Source: an uncultured Rivularia sp. (GTDB taxonomy: Bacteria > Cyanobacteriota > Cyanobacteriia > Cyanobacteriales > Nostocaceae). Taken from it: a DNA stretch of 64,000 nt. Made by a program: the position numbers and the translations under genes. Location of the stretch: NCBI GenBank assembly GCA_963665115.1, contig OY762007.1:6528001-6592000 (forward strand). The letters run 5' to 3'. The notes under the pieces were generated by a model that worked only from the letters and a program-made list of their open reading frames with translations, searched no databases and was not told the origin of the DNA. This document shows positions 52,104 through 62,781 of the stretch, piece after piece; position 1 is the stretch's first letter, and every line of letters begins with the position of its first letter.

Positions 52104-53987
52104 ATGAATTGCAAAGAATTAATTGAGCGTTATCAAGCAGGTGAAAGAGATTTTTCTGGTGTTGATTTTAGTGGGATTGATTTTGATGAGATAAATCCAA
52201 GTTTGGATAATATTATCAACTTAAGCGAAGCTAATTTTACAGGAGCGAATTTCAGCAATGCTAATCTTTCTTATATAAGCTTTACAGAAACAAATTTTAG
52301 TAATGCTAATTTTACAGGAGCTAATTTAACTTATGTATTTTTATTAAATGCTATTTTTGAAAACACTAATTTAACAAGGACTATTATTTATAGTGATTTA
52401 TCAGAAGCTGTTTTAATAGGTGCGAATCTCCATGAAGCAACAATAAAATATTGCTTTATAGATTATGAAGAAGGGGTAATGAAGCTTAGTAATCGTGCTT
52501 ATTTTTCTGGGGCTGATTTAGAAAGAGCTAATCTTAGTAATGTAAATTTAAAGTCAGTATCTTTTGAAAGTGCAATTCTTTTACAAGCAAACTTAAGAAA
52601 TGCCAATCTTGATAAAGCTTATTTGAATTATGCTAATTTAATTGGTGCTGATTTAAATGGTGCTAATTTAAAAGATGCAGTTCTCAAAGGAATAACTTAC
52701 AGTCCGGAAACTATTTTCCCAGAAGGTACCGACCTTAGTGAAGCTTACTTGATTGCTCCGGGTGTGGATTTAAGTATTGCTAACTTTGAACATTTAGAAC
52801 GTAGATTTTTAAATTTACGCGGTGCTAATCTTTCTGAAGCAAATTTAAGGGGTGTTCAATCATTCGGTAATTTAGAAAGTGTAAATTTAAGTGGTGCCGA
52901 CCTAAGAGAAGCTAATCTTAAAAAAACTAATTTAAGAAATGCGAATTTAGGCGCTGCTATTTTAAGTGGTTCTTTAAAGCATACAGATTTAAGAGGTGCG
53001 AATTTAACAGATGCAAATCTTCATGAAGCTGATTTGAATCAAGCCTTACATAATCCTGAAACTATTTTTCCTCCCGACACTGACTTAACAAAAGCATATT
53101 GTATTTGTCCGGGCAGTAATCTAAAGAATGCTGATTTAACTGGATTACATCTCTATGATGCTAATTTGAATGATGCTAATTTGAATGATGCTAATTTAGA
53201 AGGTACTACTTTAAAAGCCGCAAATTTAAGTAATGCTAATTTCAGTAATGTAAATTTATCTCACGCTGACATTATTAAATCTAACTTACGAGGAGCTAAT
53301 TTTTATAGAGTTGACTTAGGTCGTTGTTGCATAGAAAAATGTGATTGTACTGGTGCTAACTTCAAAGCAGTACGCGACTTTCAAACATCGCTATATGACA
53401 ATGATTTTACGAACGCTGATTTTAGTCAATCATCATTAGATTCCTCTTACTTTCAAGGCTCAATTCTTGATAATACTAACTGGGAAAAAGCAAATTTAAC
53501 CAACTCATATATTTTTGAATATGATAAATGTCCGAATATTAATATAAAACGAGCAGTTTTAACAGATGATCATTTGACTTACTTCATTAAAATGGGTGTC
53601 AATGTAAGCGGTACTCTTTACGTCAGCGATGAAGAATTTATTAACTCAGAAGGAAATCAACCACCAGGTTTAATTAGATTACATGATGATGCTGATTTAA
53701 GCGGACTAGATTTAAACGGTTGTAATTTTAGTAGACTTAATTTAACGAATGTGGATTTTACCGGAACTAATTTAAGAGGTGCAATTTTTATTTGCACGCA
53801 ATTAAAAAACCCTAATTTCACAAATGCGGATTTACGAGATGCGGATTTAGAAGATGCTGAGTTTGATCATGTTAATTTTACAAATGCGAATTTAAAAGAT
53901 GCTAATATTAAAAATGCTCATCTAGACAAAGCGGTTTTTTGCAATACTATTATGCCGGATGGAAGTATTAGGAATGATAATTGTTAA
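52104..53987 (+). CDS. Pentapeptide repeat protein
   Basis: YQAGERDF start, extensive A(N/D)Lxx repeats, NTIMPDG end. Confidence 0.93.
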   Translation: MNCKELIERYQAGERDFSGVDFSGIDFDEINPSLDNIINLSEANFTGANFSNANLSYISFTETNFSNANFTGANLTYVFLLNAIFENTNLTRTIIYSDLSEAVLIGANLHEATIKYCFIDYEEGVMKLSNRAYFSGADLERANLSNVNLKSVSFESAILLQANLRNANLDKAYLNYANLIGADLNGANLKDAVLKGITYSPETIFPEGTDLSEAYLIAPGVDLSIANFEHLERRFLNLRGANLSEANLRGVQSFGNLESVNLSGADLREANLKKTNLRNANLGAAILSGSLKHTDLRGANLTDANLHEADLNQALHNPETIFPPDTDLTKAYCICPGSNLKNADLTGLHLYDANLNDANLNDANLEGTTLKAANLSNANFSNVNLSHADIIKSNLRGANFYRVDLGRCCIEKCDCTGANFKAVRDFQTSLYDNDFTNADFSQSSLDSSYFQGSILDNTNWEKANLTNSYIFEYDKCPNINIKRAVLTDDHLTYFIKMGVNVSGTLYVSDEEFINSEGNQPPGLIRLHDDADLSGLDLNGCNFSRLNLTNVDFTGTNLRGAIFICTQLKNPNFTNADLRDADLEDAEFDHVNFTNANLKDANIKNAHLDKAVFCNTIMPDGSIRNDNC

Positions 53988-54133
53988 TTTATAATTTAAT
54001 TAACGATATTGTCATCATTACTGGTTGGTGCGTGACGGTAATATCAACTTAGCTTGCTAAAATCGATAATTTATCGTAACCGTCACTCACCCTACGAAAT
54101 AATTAAAAAAGTAACGCCCTATTTATTCGATTT

Positions 54134-54352
54134 TCATTCCCAAAATCTTTGCCTTTCTGCAATTCTATCATCAGTATTTAATTGAAGTAATTTCGCAGTT
54201 GTTCGTCCTTCTGCTGTCAATCCTTGAATCTTTAAATCATCTTCTGTTAACAATTCATCCCAAATTTCTAAGCATACTGTAATTACTATTTGCTTGGCTT
54301 CATCAATTTGATGTTGCTTTATTGGTGTAATTTTTATTGCTTTGTTTTCCAT
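54134..54352 (-). pseudogene. Probable chimeric gene fragment
   Basis: N-terminal half resembles a GNAT start; C-terminal half resembles the tail of cyanobacterial HNH nucleases. Confidence 0.4.
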
Positions 54353-54724
54353 ATTTAGTTTTTTGATTGGGTGGAATGAAGGGTAAATCAATATAATTTA
54401 AGATTTATTGTTGGGTTGCGCGATCGCCTTAGCTGAGAAACTGGTTCGTTTTTCCGCAACCGTCGGGAGACGTAGCACTGCTACGTCTCTACAACCCGTC
54501 GGAATCAATGGTATTAGTAATTTGAATTATTTTTCCTAAAACGGTTATTGTATAGCTTCTACCTAGATAATTAGCTAAGTGCGTGCAATCATAAAGCTGT
54601 TTTATCCTAATTATTAACTTTAACCAAGAAATTTAACATCTAAACGGCTTGAACTATGGCAATCTAAAAAACAGAATGTTTGAAAATTTGATATCTTCGC
54701 TACAGAATTTTACTGAAACAGGTT

Positions 54725-55954
54725 ATGCAAACCCTGCCAAATCCAACAACTAATAGCGCATCTACGGCTCCTGCCGTTTTTGAAACTACCATTAAGCGGC
54801 GCAAAACTCGTCCTGTAATGGTCGGAGATGTCACTATCGGGGGAGGGTACCCCGTGGTAGTGCAGTCGATGATTAATGAGGATACTCTGGATATTGCCGG
54901 TTCCGTGGCCGGTATTCGTCGCTTGCATGAAATCGGCTGCGAAATTGTCCGAGTCACCGTACCGAGCATGGCTCATGCTAAGGCTTTATCTGAAATTAAA
55001 CAAAAGTTAAAGCAAACTTACCAGGATGTGCCTATTGTTGCCGACGTACATCACAACGGGATGAAAATTGCTTTGGAGGTTGCCAAGCATATTGAAAAGG
55101 TACGGATTAATCCAGGTTTGTACGTTTTTGAAAAACCAGACTCTAATCGAACTGAGTATACTAAAGCTGAATTTGACGAAATTGGCGATAAAATTGCCGA
55201 TACTCTCAAACCTTTGGTAATTTCTCTACGCGATCAAGGGAAAGCGATGCGAATCGGCGTAAATCACGGTTCCCTTGCCGAACGAATGCTGTTTACTTAT
55301 GGGGATACTCCGGAAGGAATGGTGGAGTCGGCGCTGGAATTTATTCGTATTTGTGAATCTTTAGATTTTCATAATATCGTAATTTCACTGAAGGCTTCGC
55401 GAGTGCCGGTAATGTTGGCTGCTTATCGGTTGATGGCCAAGCGCATGGATGATGAAGGTATGGATTATCCCCTGCATCTCGGTGTTACTGAAGCCGGAGA
55501 TGGGGAATACGGACGTATTAAGTCTACGGCAGGAATTGCGACTTTGTTAGCCGATGGCATTGGCGATACAATTCGCGTTTCTTTAACCGAAGCACCGGAA
55601 AAAGAAATTCCAGTTTGCTACAGTATTTTACAGGCTCTGGGATTACGGAAGACGATGGTAGAATACGTCGCTTGTCCTTCCTGCGGTCGCACTTTGTTTA
55701 ATTTAGAGGAAGTGCTGCACCTCGTCCGCGAAGCAACCAGTCACCTCACGGGATTGGATATTGCTGTTATGGGCTGCATTGTCAACGGGCCAGGAGAAAT
55801 GGCTGACGCTGATTATGGCTATGTTGGTAAAACTCCAGGATTTATCTCGCTTTACAGGGGTAGAGAAGAAATTAAAAAGGTACCTGAAGATAAAGGTGTG
55901 GAGGAATTGATAAACTTGATTAAAGCAGATGAACGTTGGATAGAACCAGATTAA
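54725..55954 (+). CDS. ispG: HMBPP synthase
   Basis: [33 protein letters not shown] and [10 protein letters not shown] motifs. Confidence 0.98.
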   Translation: MQTLPNPTTNSASTAPAVFETTIKRRKTRPVMVGDVTIGGGYPVVVQSMINEDTLDIAGSVAGIRRLHEIGCEIVRVTVPSMAHAKALSEIKQKLKQTYQDVPIVADVHHNGMKIALEVAKHIEKVRINPGLYVFEKPDSNRTEYTKAEFDEIGDKIADTLKPLVISLRDQGKAMRIGVNHGSLAERMLFTYGDTPEGMVESALEFIRICESLDFHNIVISLKASRVPVMLAAYRLMAKRMDDEGMDYPLHLGVTEAGDGEYGRIKSTAGIATLLADGIGDTIRVSLTEAPEKEIPVCYSILQALGLRKTMVEYVACPSCGRTLFNLEEVLHLVREATSHLTGLDIAVMGCIVNGPGEMADADYGYVGKTPGFISLYRGREEIKKVPEDKGVEELINLIKADERWIEPD

Positions 55955-56126
55955 ACAAACAACAATGTTGGTTAAATATTCTTGCTAGTTTTGCGTTATG
56001 CCGTAAAGCTAGCCGGATTGATGGAAAAATTTACCGAAATAACAAACTATGCTCAGTCTGTACAGTGTTAGGCTGTGTTAGATTGAGCATACTGACTATG
56101 TAAATTCAGTCTGGCACAGCTGTAAT

Positions 56127-57416
56127 ATGGTGATTAGAAGAAGTGGACTTGTTTTAGGTGCTACAGCCGTGACGCTTTCAACGATTGCCGTCGCAGGTCT
56201 TGTAAACCTTCCACAAGGACAAGCCTTATTTAAAGAAAGTCCTAAAGAGATAGTAGATGAAGTTTGGCAGATTATTTACCGCCAATACGTAGATGGTACC
56301 TTTAACCAGGTAGATTGGCAGGCTGTTCGTAAAGAGTATTTGGATAAAAAATACACTGACAAGGAACAAGCCTACAAATCCATCCGGGAAATGCTTAAGA
56401 AGCTGGATGACCCCTACACCCGCTTTATGGACCCCAAAGAGTTCAAGAATATGCAGGTGGATACCTCTGGGGAATTAACTGGTGTTGGTATCACTATTGG
56501 TCTTGATGAGGAAACTAAAAAGTTAACCGTCATTGCACCATTGGAAGATACCCCAGCCTTTAAAGCCGGTATTCTGGCAAAAGATGTCATTACTAAAATT
56601 AATGGCAAAAGCACTGAGGGGATGGATACCAGTGAAGCTGTAACTTTAATCCGAGGAGAACCTGGAAGTAAAGTTAAGTTAACTATTTCTCGTAGCGGTC
56701 AAAAGCCAAGAGATTATTTAATAACCAGAGCAAAAATCGAAATTCATCCGGTTGATTACTCGGTAAAACAAACTCCTGCGGGTAAAACTGGTTATATTCG
56801 TCTCAAGCAGTTCAGCGCAAATGCTTCCAAGGAAATGCGTGAAGCTATTAGAGAATTAGAGAAGAAAAACGTTGATGGGTACGTTCTGGATTTACGTAAT
56901 AACCCAGGCGGTTTATTATTCTCTAGTATCGAAATTGCCCGAATGTGGCTCAAGGAAGGTACAATTGTTTCCACCGTTGACCGTAAGGGAACGGTAGATA
57001 AAGAGGCCGCAACTGGGCGATCGCTCACCGAAAAACCACTAGTAGTTTTGGTAGACAAAGGAAGTGCTAGTGCGAGTGAAATTCTTTCCGGTGCGTTGCA
57101 GGATAATAAGCGTGCTGTTTTAGTTGGTAGCAAGACTTTTGGTAAAGGTTTAGTGCAATCAGTACGTCCCCTTTATGACGGTTCCGGAGTGGCAGTCACG
57201 ATTGCTAAATATCTTACCCCTAGCGGAGCAGATATTAACAAAGCCGGGATTAAGCCAGATATCAAAGTCGAGTTGAGCGACGAACAGCGACAAAATTTAT
57301 GGCTCAAACAACGCGATAAACTAGCTACCTTACAAGATCCTCAATTTGCCAAAGCTATTGAACAATTGAAAAAAGAAATTGCTGCAAAAGGCAATGTTAG
57401 AGCACAGAGAAAGTAA
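56127..57416 (+). CDS. S41 C-terminal processing protease (CtpB/CtpC type)
   Basis: DPYTRF, PDZ domain, LDLRNNPGG, SASASE and TFGKG motifs. Confidence 0.94.
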   Translation: MVIRRSGLVLGATAVTLSTIAVAGLVNLPQGQALFKESPKEIVDEVWQIIYRQYVDGTFNQVDWQAVRKEYLDKKYTDKEQAYKSIREMLKKLDDPYTRFMDPKEFKNMQVDTSGELTGVGITIGLDEETKKLTVIAPLEDTPAFKAGILAKDVITKINGKSTEGMDTSEAVTLIRGEPGSKVKLTISRSGQKPRDYLITRAKIEIHPVDYSVKQTPAGKTGYIRLKQFSANASKEMREAIRELEKKNVDGYVLDLRNNPGGLLFSSIEIARMWLKEGTIVSTVDRKGTVDKEAATGRSLTEKPLVVLVDKGSASASEILSGALQDNKRAVLVGSKTFGKGLVQSVRPLYDGSGVAVTIAKYLTPSGADINKAGIKPDIKVELSDEQRQNLWLKQRDKLATLQDPQFAKAIEQLKKEIAAKGNVRAQRK

Positions 57417-57609
57417 AAGGGAATTAGTTAGGAGTTAATTAGTAGTAAAGGCTTGCAGGGAGGCATTTTTATTATTTATTGTGCCAGAAGGAAATTACAT
57501 CTTCTCTTGAAATGAGCCTAAGAACTGCTAATTACAAATTAATATTTCTCGTTCCCGTGTTGTCTGAGCGTGAATTCATTCAATTCCTAACTCTTAACTC
57601 TTAACTTTT

Positions 57610-57795
57610 TCAAGCTGGCTGACATTTTCCCGTCCTTATTAACCCGATACGGCGGGATATGGCTTCGTCTTTTGAATTAAATGGTCCCCATTTTTCTATA
57701 ATTTCTGTATCGTCTTCAGATGTTAGTTCGCTGGAGACGATTTCGCATTTTTGGGTCGAGCGTTTGATAATATACCAGGATTGTGAAGATTCCAT
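57610..57795 (-). CDS. Small conserved hypothetical protein
   Basis: WYIIK...WGPFNSKDEAISRRIGLIRTGKCQP; likely ATG at 57795. Confidence 0.7.
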   Translation of the reverse strand: MESSQSWYIIKRSTQKCEIVSSELTSEDDTEIIEKWGPFNSKDEAISRRIGLIRTGKCQPA

Positions 57796-57868
57796 AAATA
57801 CGATTTTGGATTTCAGATTATAAAAGTTATTTATTCTCACTCTTCCCTATTCCCCGTTCCCCATTTCC

Positions 57869-59050
57869 TTAACGAGAACGTGGAAGATTTTTTATTTGAG
57901 AGTTTTGTAGTTTAATAGAATCAATTGTCTGTATGGACAAATAGCTGAAAATAATTAAAACTAAACCAGAAACTACACCTATTATCAAGCCGATAAGTAA
58001 AGCAGATTTGTGAGGAAAAATCGAAACAATGGTATCGTTTTCTGATGCTGTCTTCATTTCTTCATCCCATTTTAGGGAGTCTAAATCACTTGTTGCTGGG
58101 GGTAGTAATTTTTGTGATGCTATTGAATCGGTTGCTTTTGAACTGAATTCATTTAATTCTGGTGCTAATTCAACTGCTGCAAAAATCGAGTTATTTTGCC
58201 TTGTAGATGAAGCAACACAATTTAAATTATTTAACTGCATTAATGCAGTGAGTGCAACTGTCGCCGAATTATATCGGTTTTGAGAATGGTAGCACACCAT
58301 TTTATTGATTATTAAAGCTAATTTTTTATTAATATTAACTAAGTGTCGCCAAACAATTTCACCAGTATTTTGGTCTTCTGGTAACTTTATTGGATGAATG
58401 CCCGTAAGTGCTTGGATACCAATCATACCAAGAGCATAGATATCGCTACTAGGTACTGGTTTACCTTGATGTTGTTCGTAAGGCATATAGCCCGGTGTAC
58501 CAATTGCAATGGTTGTATTGTCGGTATTGTGTTGATTTTTAAGCAATTTGTTCCACATTGGCTTCACCGCACCAAAATCAATCAGCACCAATCTATTGTC
58601 TCGTTCCCGTCTCATGATATTACTCGGCTTGACATCACGATGAATCAACCCCTGAGAGTGAACAAAAACTAAAATATTTAAAACTTCTTGCAGTAAGTCA
58701 ATTACTTGAGTTTCAGCCCAACGCTTACCGGGCTGCAATTCAGCGCTCAGTGAATGTCCTTTGATAAATTCTTGTACTAAGTAGAATTCTTGATTTTGTT
58801 CAAAATGATTCAAAAGATGTGGAACATACTCATAATTGTCTAACTTCATCAAAGCTTCAACTTCGCGGGTAAATAGCCTTCTGCGGGTTTTCACCGGCAG
58901 CGCAATTCTATCGCTAGGTAGAAAGTGTTTGACGACACAAGTGGGATAATCAGTAATAGTAATGTCACGGGCAATATACGTCTGACAGAACATTCCTTGA
59001 TTGATAATCTGAATTACCTCATAGCGATCGCATATTAATTTACCTATCAT
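57869..59050 (-). CDS. Ser/Thr protein kinase with C-terminal TM
   Basis: CVVK, HRDVKPSN, DFG and GTPGYM motifs; Gly-rich loop is degenerate (NQGMFCQ). Confidence 0.92.
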   Translation of the reverse strand: MIGKLICDRYEVIQIINQGMFCQTYIARDITITDYPTCVVKHFLPSDRIALPVKTRRRLFTREVEALMKLDNYEYVPHLLNHFEQNQEFYLVQEFIKGHSLSAELQPGKRWAETQVIDLLQEVLNILVFVHSQGLIHRDVKPSNIMRRERDNRLVLIDFGAVKPMWNKLLKNQHNTDNTTIAIGTPGYMPYEQHQGKPVPSSDIYALGMIGIQALTGIHPIKLPEDQNTGEIVWRHLVNINKKLALIINKMVCYHSQNRYNSATVALTALMQLNNLNCVASSTRQNNSIFAAVELAPELNEFSSKATDSIASQKLLPPATSDLDSLKWDEEMKTASENDTIVSIFPHKSALLIGLIIGVVSGLVLIIFSYLSIQTIDSIKLQNSQIKNLPRSR

Positions 59051-59288
59051 ATTTATTTCTTATGTTACCTATAATGCTTCTGTTCAGTAATTTAATTTAC
59101 GTAAAATCAACCTATATATAATTCATATTTTAGTTAGCAAGGCTTTTTATAAAAGAACCGTCAAATATACTTATATTTTGATGAAAGAGAGAAAAAGTTT
59201 GTCACGAGTAGGGAAATAGACTTAACGAATTACATACCGGAAGGATACGCTCTGAGTTAATTAAATTATAAAAATTATCGGCATAAAG

Positions 59289-60356
59289 ATGAACAATACT
59301 ACCAAAAAATTAATTCCCCTTAGTAGAGATTCCATACAGTTAGTCAAAGGTTTAATTATTGGCAAAGTGCTGACAATCCTTGTCATGGGGGGATTGTGGT
59401 TGTTGGTAAAGCAGTATTTAGAACCGGGAGGCAGCATCAGAGCTAATCGAGAATCGGGAACGGTTTCTGAAACAGCAACTTCAACTTTTAAAACGGTAAG
59501 CAATGTCCCCATCGGTTCGTTTCAATATAGTGGAAGTACCGCTTGGGCACCCATTCGGCAACTTGTAAATTCTTCAATTCAAGGCGATCGCCCGGAATTA
59601 AAGTTGCAATATACCCACCCTCAAGGTGATACTCCTATTTCAAAAGCAGCAATTCGGATGTTGTTGGATGGAGAAATAGACTTTGCTCAGCTTTCGCGTC
59701 CCCTTACGAAGTCGGAATATGCTGCTTCCGAACAAAAAGGTTTCACGCTCAAGCAACGTCAGGTTGCCACTGATGGAGTCGCCGTAGCAGTCAACCCGGC
59801 ACTTGAAGTTTCTGGTTTAACCGTCGAACAGTTACAGCAAATTTATTTAGGCGAGATTACTAACTGGAAGCAATTAGGAGGGGCGGATTTAGCAATTACG
59901 CCTTTTTCTCAAAATTCAGAAGATGTTAAATTAACATTATTTGACGGTAAAGAATTAGACGAGCAAGAATTAGCCTCTAATATCGAATATCTCTATTCTC
60001 CCACAGAAGCTTTGCGTAAAGTCGCTCAAAATAAAGGTGCCGTGTATTTTGGATCGGCGCGGGCTATAGTACCTCAATGTACGGTAAAGTCCTTGCCTTT
60101 AGGTACTACTTCAGATAATTTAGTTGCTCCGTATGTTGGAGAATTAGTAGAACCAAACCAGTGTCCGCAAAAGCGCAATAATGTAAATACAAAAGCGTTT
60201 AAGAACGGTAGTTACCCACTTAAGAGCAAATTATTTGTAGTTACTAAAGAGAATAACGGTAGGGAAGAGCAAGTTGGTAATGCTTATACTAAATTGTTGC
60301 TGACTGCGGAAGGGCAAAAGGCAATTAGTGAAGCTGGTTTTGTTCCCGTGCGGTAG
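59289..60356 (+). CDS. PstS-like substrate-binding protein
   Basis: N-terminal TM, YSGSTAWAPIR, FAQLSRP, VATDGVAVAV and ITNWKQLGG. Confidence 0.85.
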   Translation: MNNTTKKLIPLSRDSIQLVKGLIIGKVLTILVMGGLWLLVKQYLEPGGSIRANRESGTVSETATSTFKTVSNVPIGSFQYSGSTAWAPIRQLVNSSIQGDRPELKLQYTHPQGDTPISKAAIRMLLDGEIDFAQLSRPLTKSEYAASEQKGFTLKQRQVATDGVAVAVNPALEVSGLTVEQLQQIYLGEITNWKQLGGADLAITPFSQNSEDVKLTLFDGKELDEQELASNIEYLYSPTEALRKVAQNKGAVYFGSARAIVPQCTVKSLPLGTTSDNLVAPYVGELVEPNQCPQKRNNVNTKAFKNGSYPLKSKLFVVTKENNGREEQVGNAYTKLLLTAEGQKAISEAGFVPVR

Positions 60357-60379
60357 TGGGTTGAGACAAGCTGGGATTT

Positions 60380-61378
60380 ATGACCGAAATATCTGACGCA
60401 AGACGAATTCAGGAATCAATTCGTAGTGAATTTCGCAATTCTGCTGAATTAGTAACCGATGCTGATTTCTATACCGAATTGCAATATTGGTATGAAGATT
60501 CAAAAAGAGACTTAAAAATAAACGAAGAAGCATCTGAATCACGTATAAAAGCAACAAGAAATGGTTTATTTGTAATTTCTGTCGGACTTTTTTGCTTCGG
60601 AAGATTGGATGTTGCTGAAGATATTTTAGATAACATTCCCGGTGGAAGGGGAAGTGTAAATCATTTTGCTGGAGTTTTACATAGACTTCTACCATTACCA
60701 CCGGGTTTTAATTGTCTTAAAAATCCTAATGAAATCAAGGAATGGTTAAAATTAAATCGTTCTCAACTCAGATGGGATAAAAGTTTAGAAAGATATATTT
60801 TAGAAAATTTTAAAATTTTGCCAGATATTCCTGCCAATTATAATTTAGAGGAATTTAAAGTTACAGATAAAGAAATATCTCAAACAGGACTAATTGTTGA
60901 AATTATCTCTAATACAGGTAGTAAATGGCTTGGTAATTTTCAATCGGGATGTTCAAAATTTTCTGGAGTTTATCAATATCCGAATAAAAATGATTTAATT
61001 GTGGTTTCTCAAGGACAGGGATATATAGTTAATCCAGAAAGTAAACAGTTACTATCAAGTTTTGCTGGTAATATTATTGATGTAATTGATATTCCGCATC
61101 TTCTTAAAGATACTTACTGTATCTTGTTTATCAACGAATATAAGCTTCTATGCCATGATTCATCTGGTTTTCGATGGCAAAATACAGAAATATCATGGAA
61201 TAAAGTCCGTGAATTACAAGTTAATGACTTTCGATTAACAGGAGAATTTTATTATTTTCAAGAACGTGTTTGGAAACAATTTTGGTTAAATATTATCAAA
61301 AATGAATTTCATTTAGGAGAATTTAAGTGGGAAGATTTATTACCAAAACCGAAACCACCTTGGTGGCAATTTTGGTGA
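60380..61378 (+). CDS. Hypothetical protein
   Basis: 332-aa ORF ending KPKPPWWQFW. Confidence 0.7.
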   Translation: MTEISDARRIQESIRSEFRNSAELVTDADFYTELQYWYEDSKRDLKINEEASESRIKATRNGLFVISVGLFCFGRLDVAEDILDNIPGGRGSVNHFAGVLHRLLPLPPGFNCLKNPNEIKEWLKLNRSQLRWDKSLERYILENFKILPDIPANYNLEEFKVTDKEISQTGLIVEIISNTGSKWLGNFQSGCSKFSGVYQYPNKNDLIVVSQGQGYIVNPESKQLLSSFAGNIIDVIDIPHLLKDTYCILFINEYKLLCHDSSGFRWQNTEISWNKVRELQVNDFRLTGEFYYFQERVWKQFWLNIIKNEFHLGEFKWEDLLPKPKPPWWQFW

Positions 61379-61504
61379 TTTGAAAATAGTCTTTATAATG
61401 CGTTAAGATTACTGCTCACAGCATTCTACAAAAATAATAAAAATTGTTACCAGAAAATAATTCCCGGTAACAACAATAATCCAAAATCTGTCTTTGAAAG
61501 TTTT

Positions 61505-61660
61505 GGGGACGGAAACCGACACCCCAACGTTCTCTCAACGCGGGGAACCCCTTCGGGTATCTCCCAAGGGGAGACGCTGAGCCGCACGCGGAGCGTGAAC
61601 GCTAACGGCAGTTCGCTCAACGGGGGGAACCCCCGCACGCGACTGCTCTCACTACGCACC
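61505..61660. repeat. Nested GC-rich short dispersed repeats
   Basis: CTCAACGCGGGGAACCC and GGCAGTTCGCTCAACGGGGGGAACCCCCGCACGCGACTGCTCTCAC, related to 50730-50775. Confidence 0.65.
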
Positions 61661-61701
61661 TTATGAAGGCTCAACTTTCCACAAAATCCAAAATTTAAAA
61701 T

Positions 61702-61983
61702 TCATTTACCATTGCGGTTGTTATTATCATCCTTGTAAGCAGCAAGAATCCGGTCGGCGAGTTTGTCGGGTACCTCTTGTAAATGGTCGTATTTCCAATC
61801 GAAAGAACCTACTCCCAGAGTTTGCGATCGCAATTCTATGATGAAGCTTTGCATTTCCGATTGGGGCAGGTATCCGGTGACGTTATCCCAGCTTTGCCAG
61901 TTGGCGATCGCTTCGTAACCTAAAATTTGCCCGCGTCTACTGCTTAATAGTTGCAATACTTTAGAGGTAAATTCGCTGGGGGT
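61702..61983 (-). pseudogene. C-terminal (domain V) remnant of an EF-G paralog, fused in frame to a transposase N-terminus
   Basis: PSEFTSKVLQLLSSRRGQILG...LPQSEM...ELRSQTLGVGSF is EF-G domain V-like. Confidence 0.8.
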
Positions 61984-62781
61984 TCTAACTTGTATATTCT
62001 CTCGTAGTGTCCTATACACGGTATCTTCCGAAATACCATACAGTTGCGCTACTTCTTGGACTAATACCCGACGTTCTTTACTGCGCGGTGGTAATTGGTC
62101 TAGGCAACGACGTAAATCTACAATTGCTTCTGTTGGTATTTCTTTTTTGGGCATTCTATGACACAGACCCCCACTTTATGTCTTGAGTGGAGGTGTTTCC
62201 GTTCCAACCAGTCGTACAGGGTGGAAGGGGAACAATCGACGAGTTTGGCAATTGAGCGCTTACTAATTCCTTTATTTAGATAACTGCGGATTTCTGCTTC
62301 CTTGTTATCCAGTTTCAAATGTGCCGATTTTCGTCCTTTGGGTCGCCCTAATGTCTTACCCTCAGCCTTACGTTTGGCTAACGCTTCGGTTGTTCTGAGT
62401 ACAATTAATTCCCGTTCTATTTCTGCTGCCAAACCCAAAACCGTTGCTGTAATTCGGCTTTGCATGGAGCCATCGAGTACCATGCCTTGTTTGGCGATGT
62501 GAACATTGATTTCTCGGCGCACGCAGCACTCCAACATTTCCAGCACTTGTAGCGTAGAGCGTGCCATGCGACTGACTTCTGAGAAAATTACTACGTCTCC
62601 TGGTTGGGCAATTTCTTTTAAAAGACGACCAATACCTCGTTCCGACCATTTCTCCCGTCCAGAAACGGTGTCTTCTACAAACACGATATGTCTCGATCAC
62701 CAAAAGTTGACAAGACCCATAATGTGGTTTCAAAAACGGCTTGTTTGCGGTTTGAAGCGTTTATGTTTGCAGTTCCCTACA
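61984..62781 (-). mobile_element. Transposon relic: 5'-truncated serine resolvase (62118-62684) plus start of a transposase (from 62154)
   Basis: SEVSRMARS, AAEIERELI..RT.EAL, LGRPKG and C-terminal HTH, but no Y.RVS catalytic start; followed by MPKKEIP..LYGISEDTVYR. Confidence 0.8.

Noticed and set aside
61447..61674. 75-aa minus-strand ORF
   Set aside because: Made of nested dispersed repeats; no protein features
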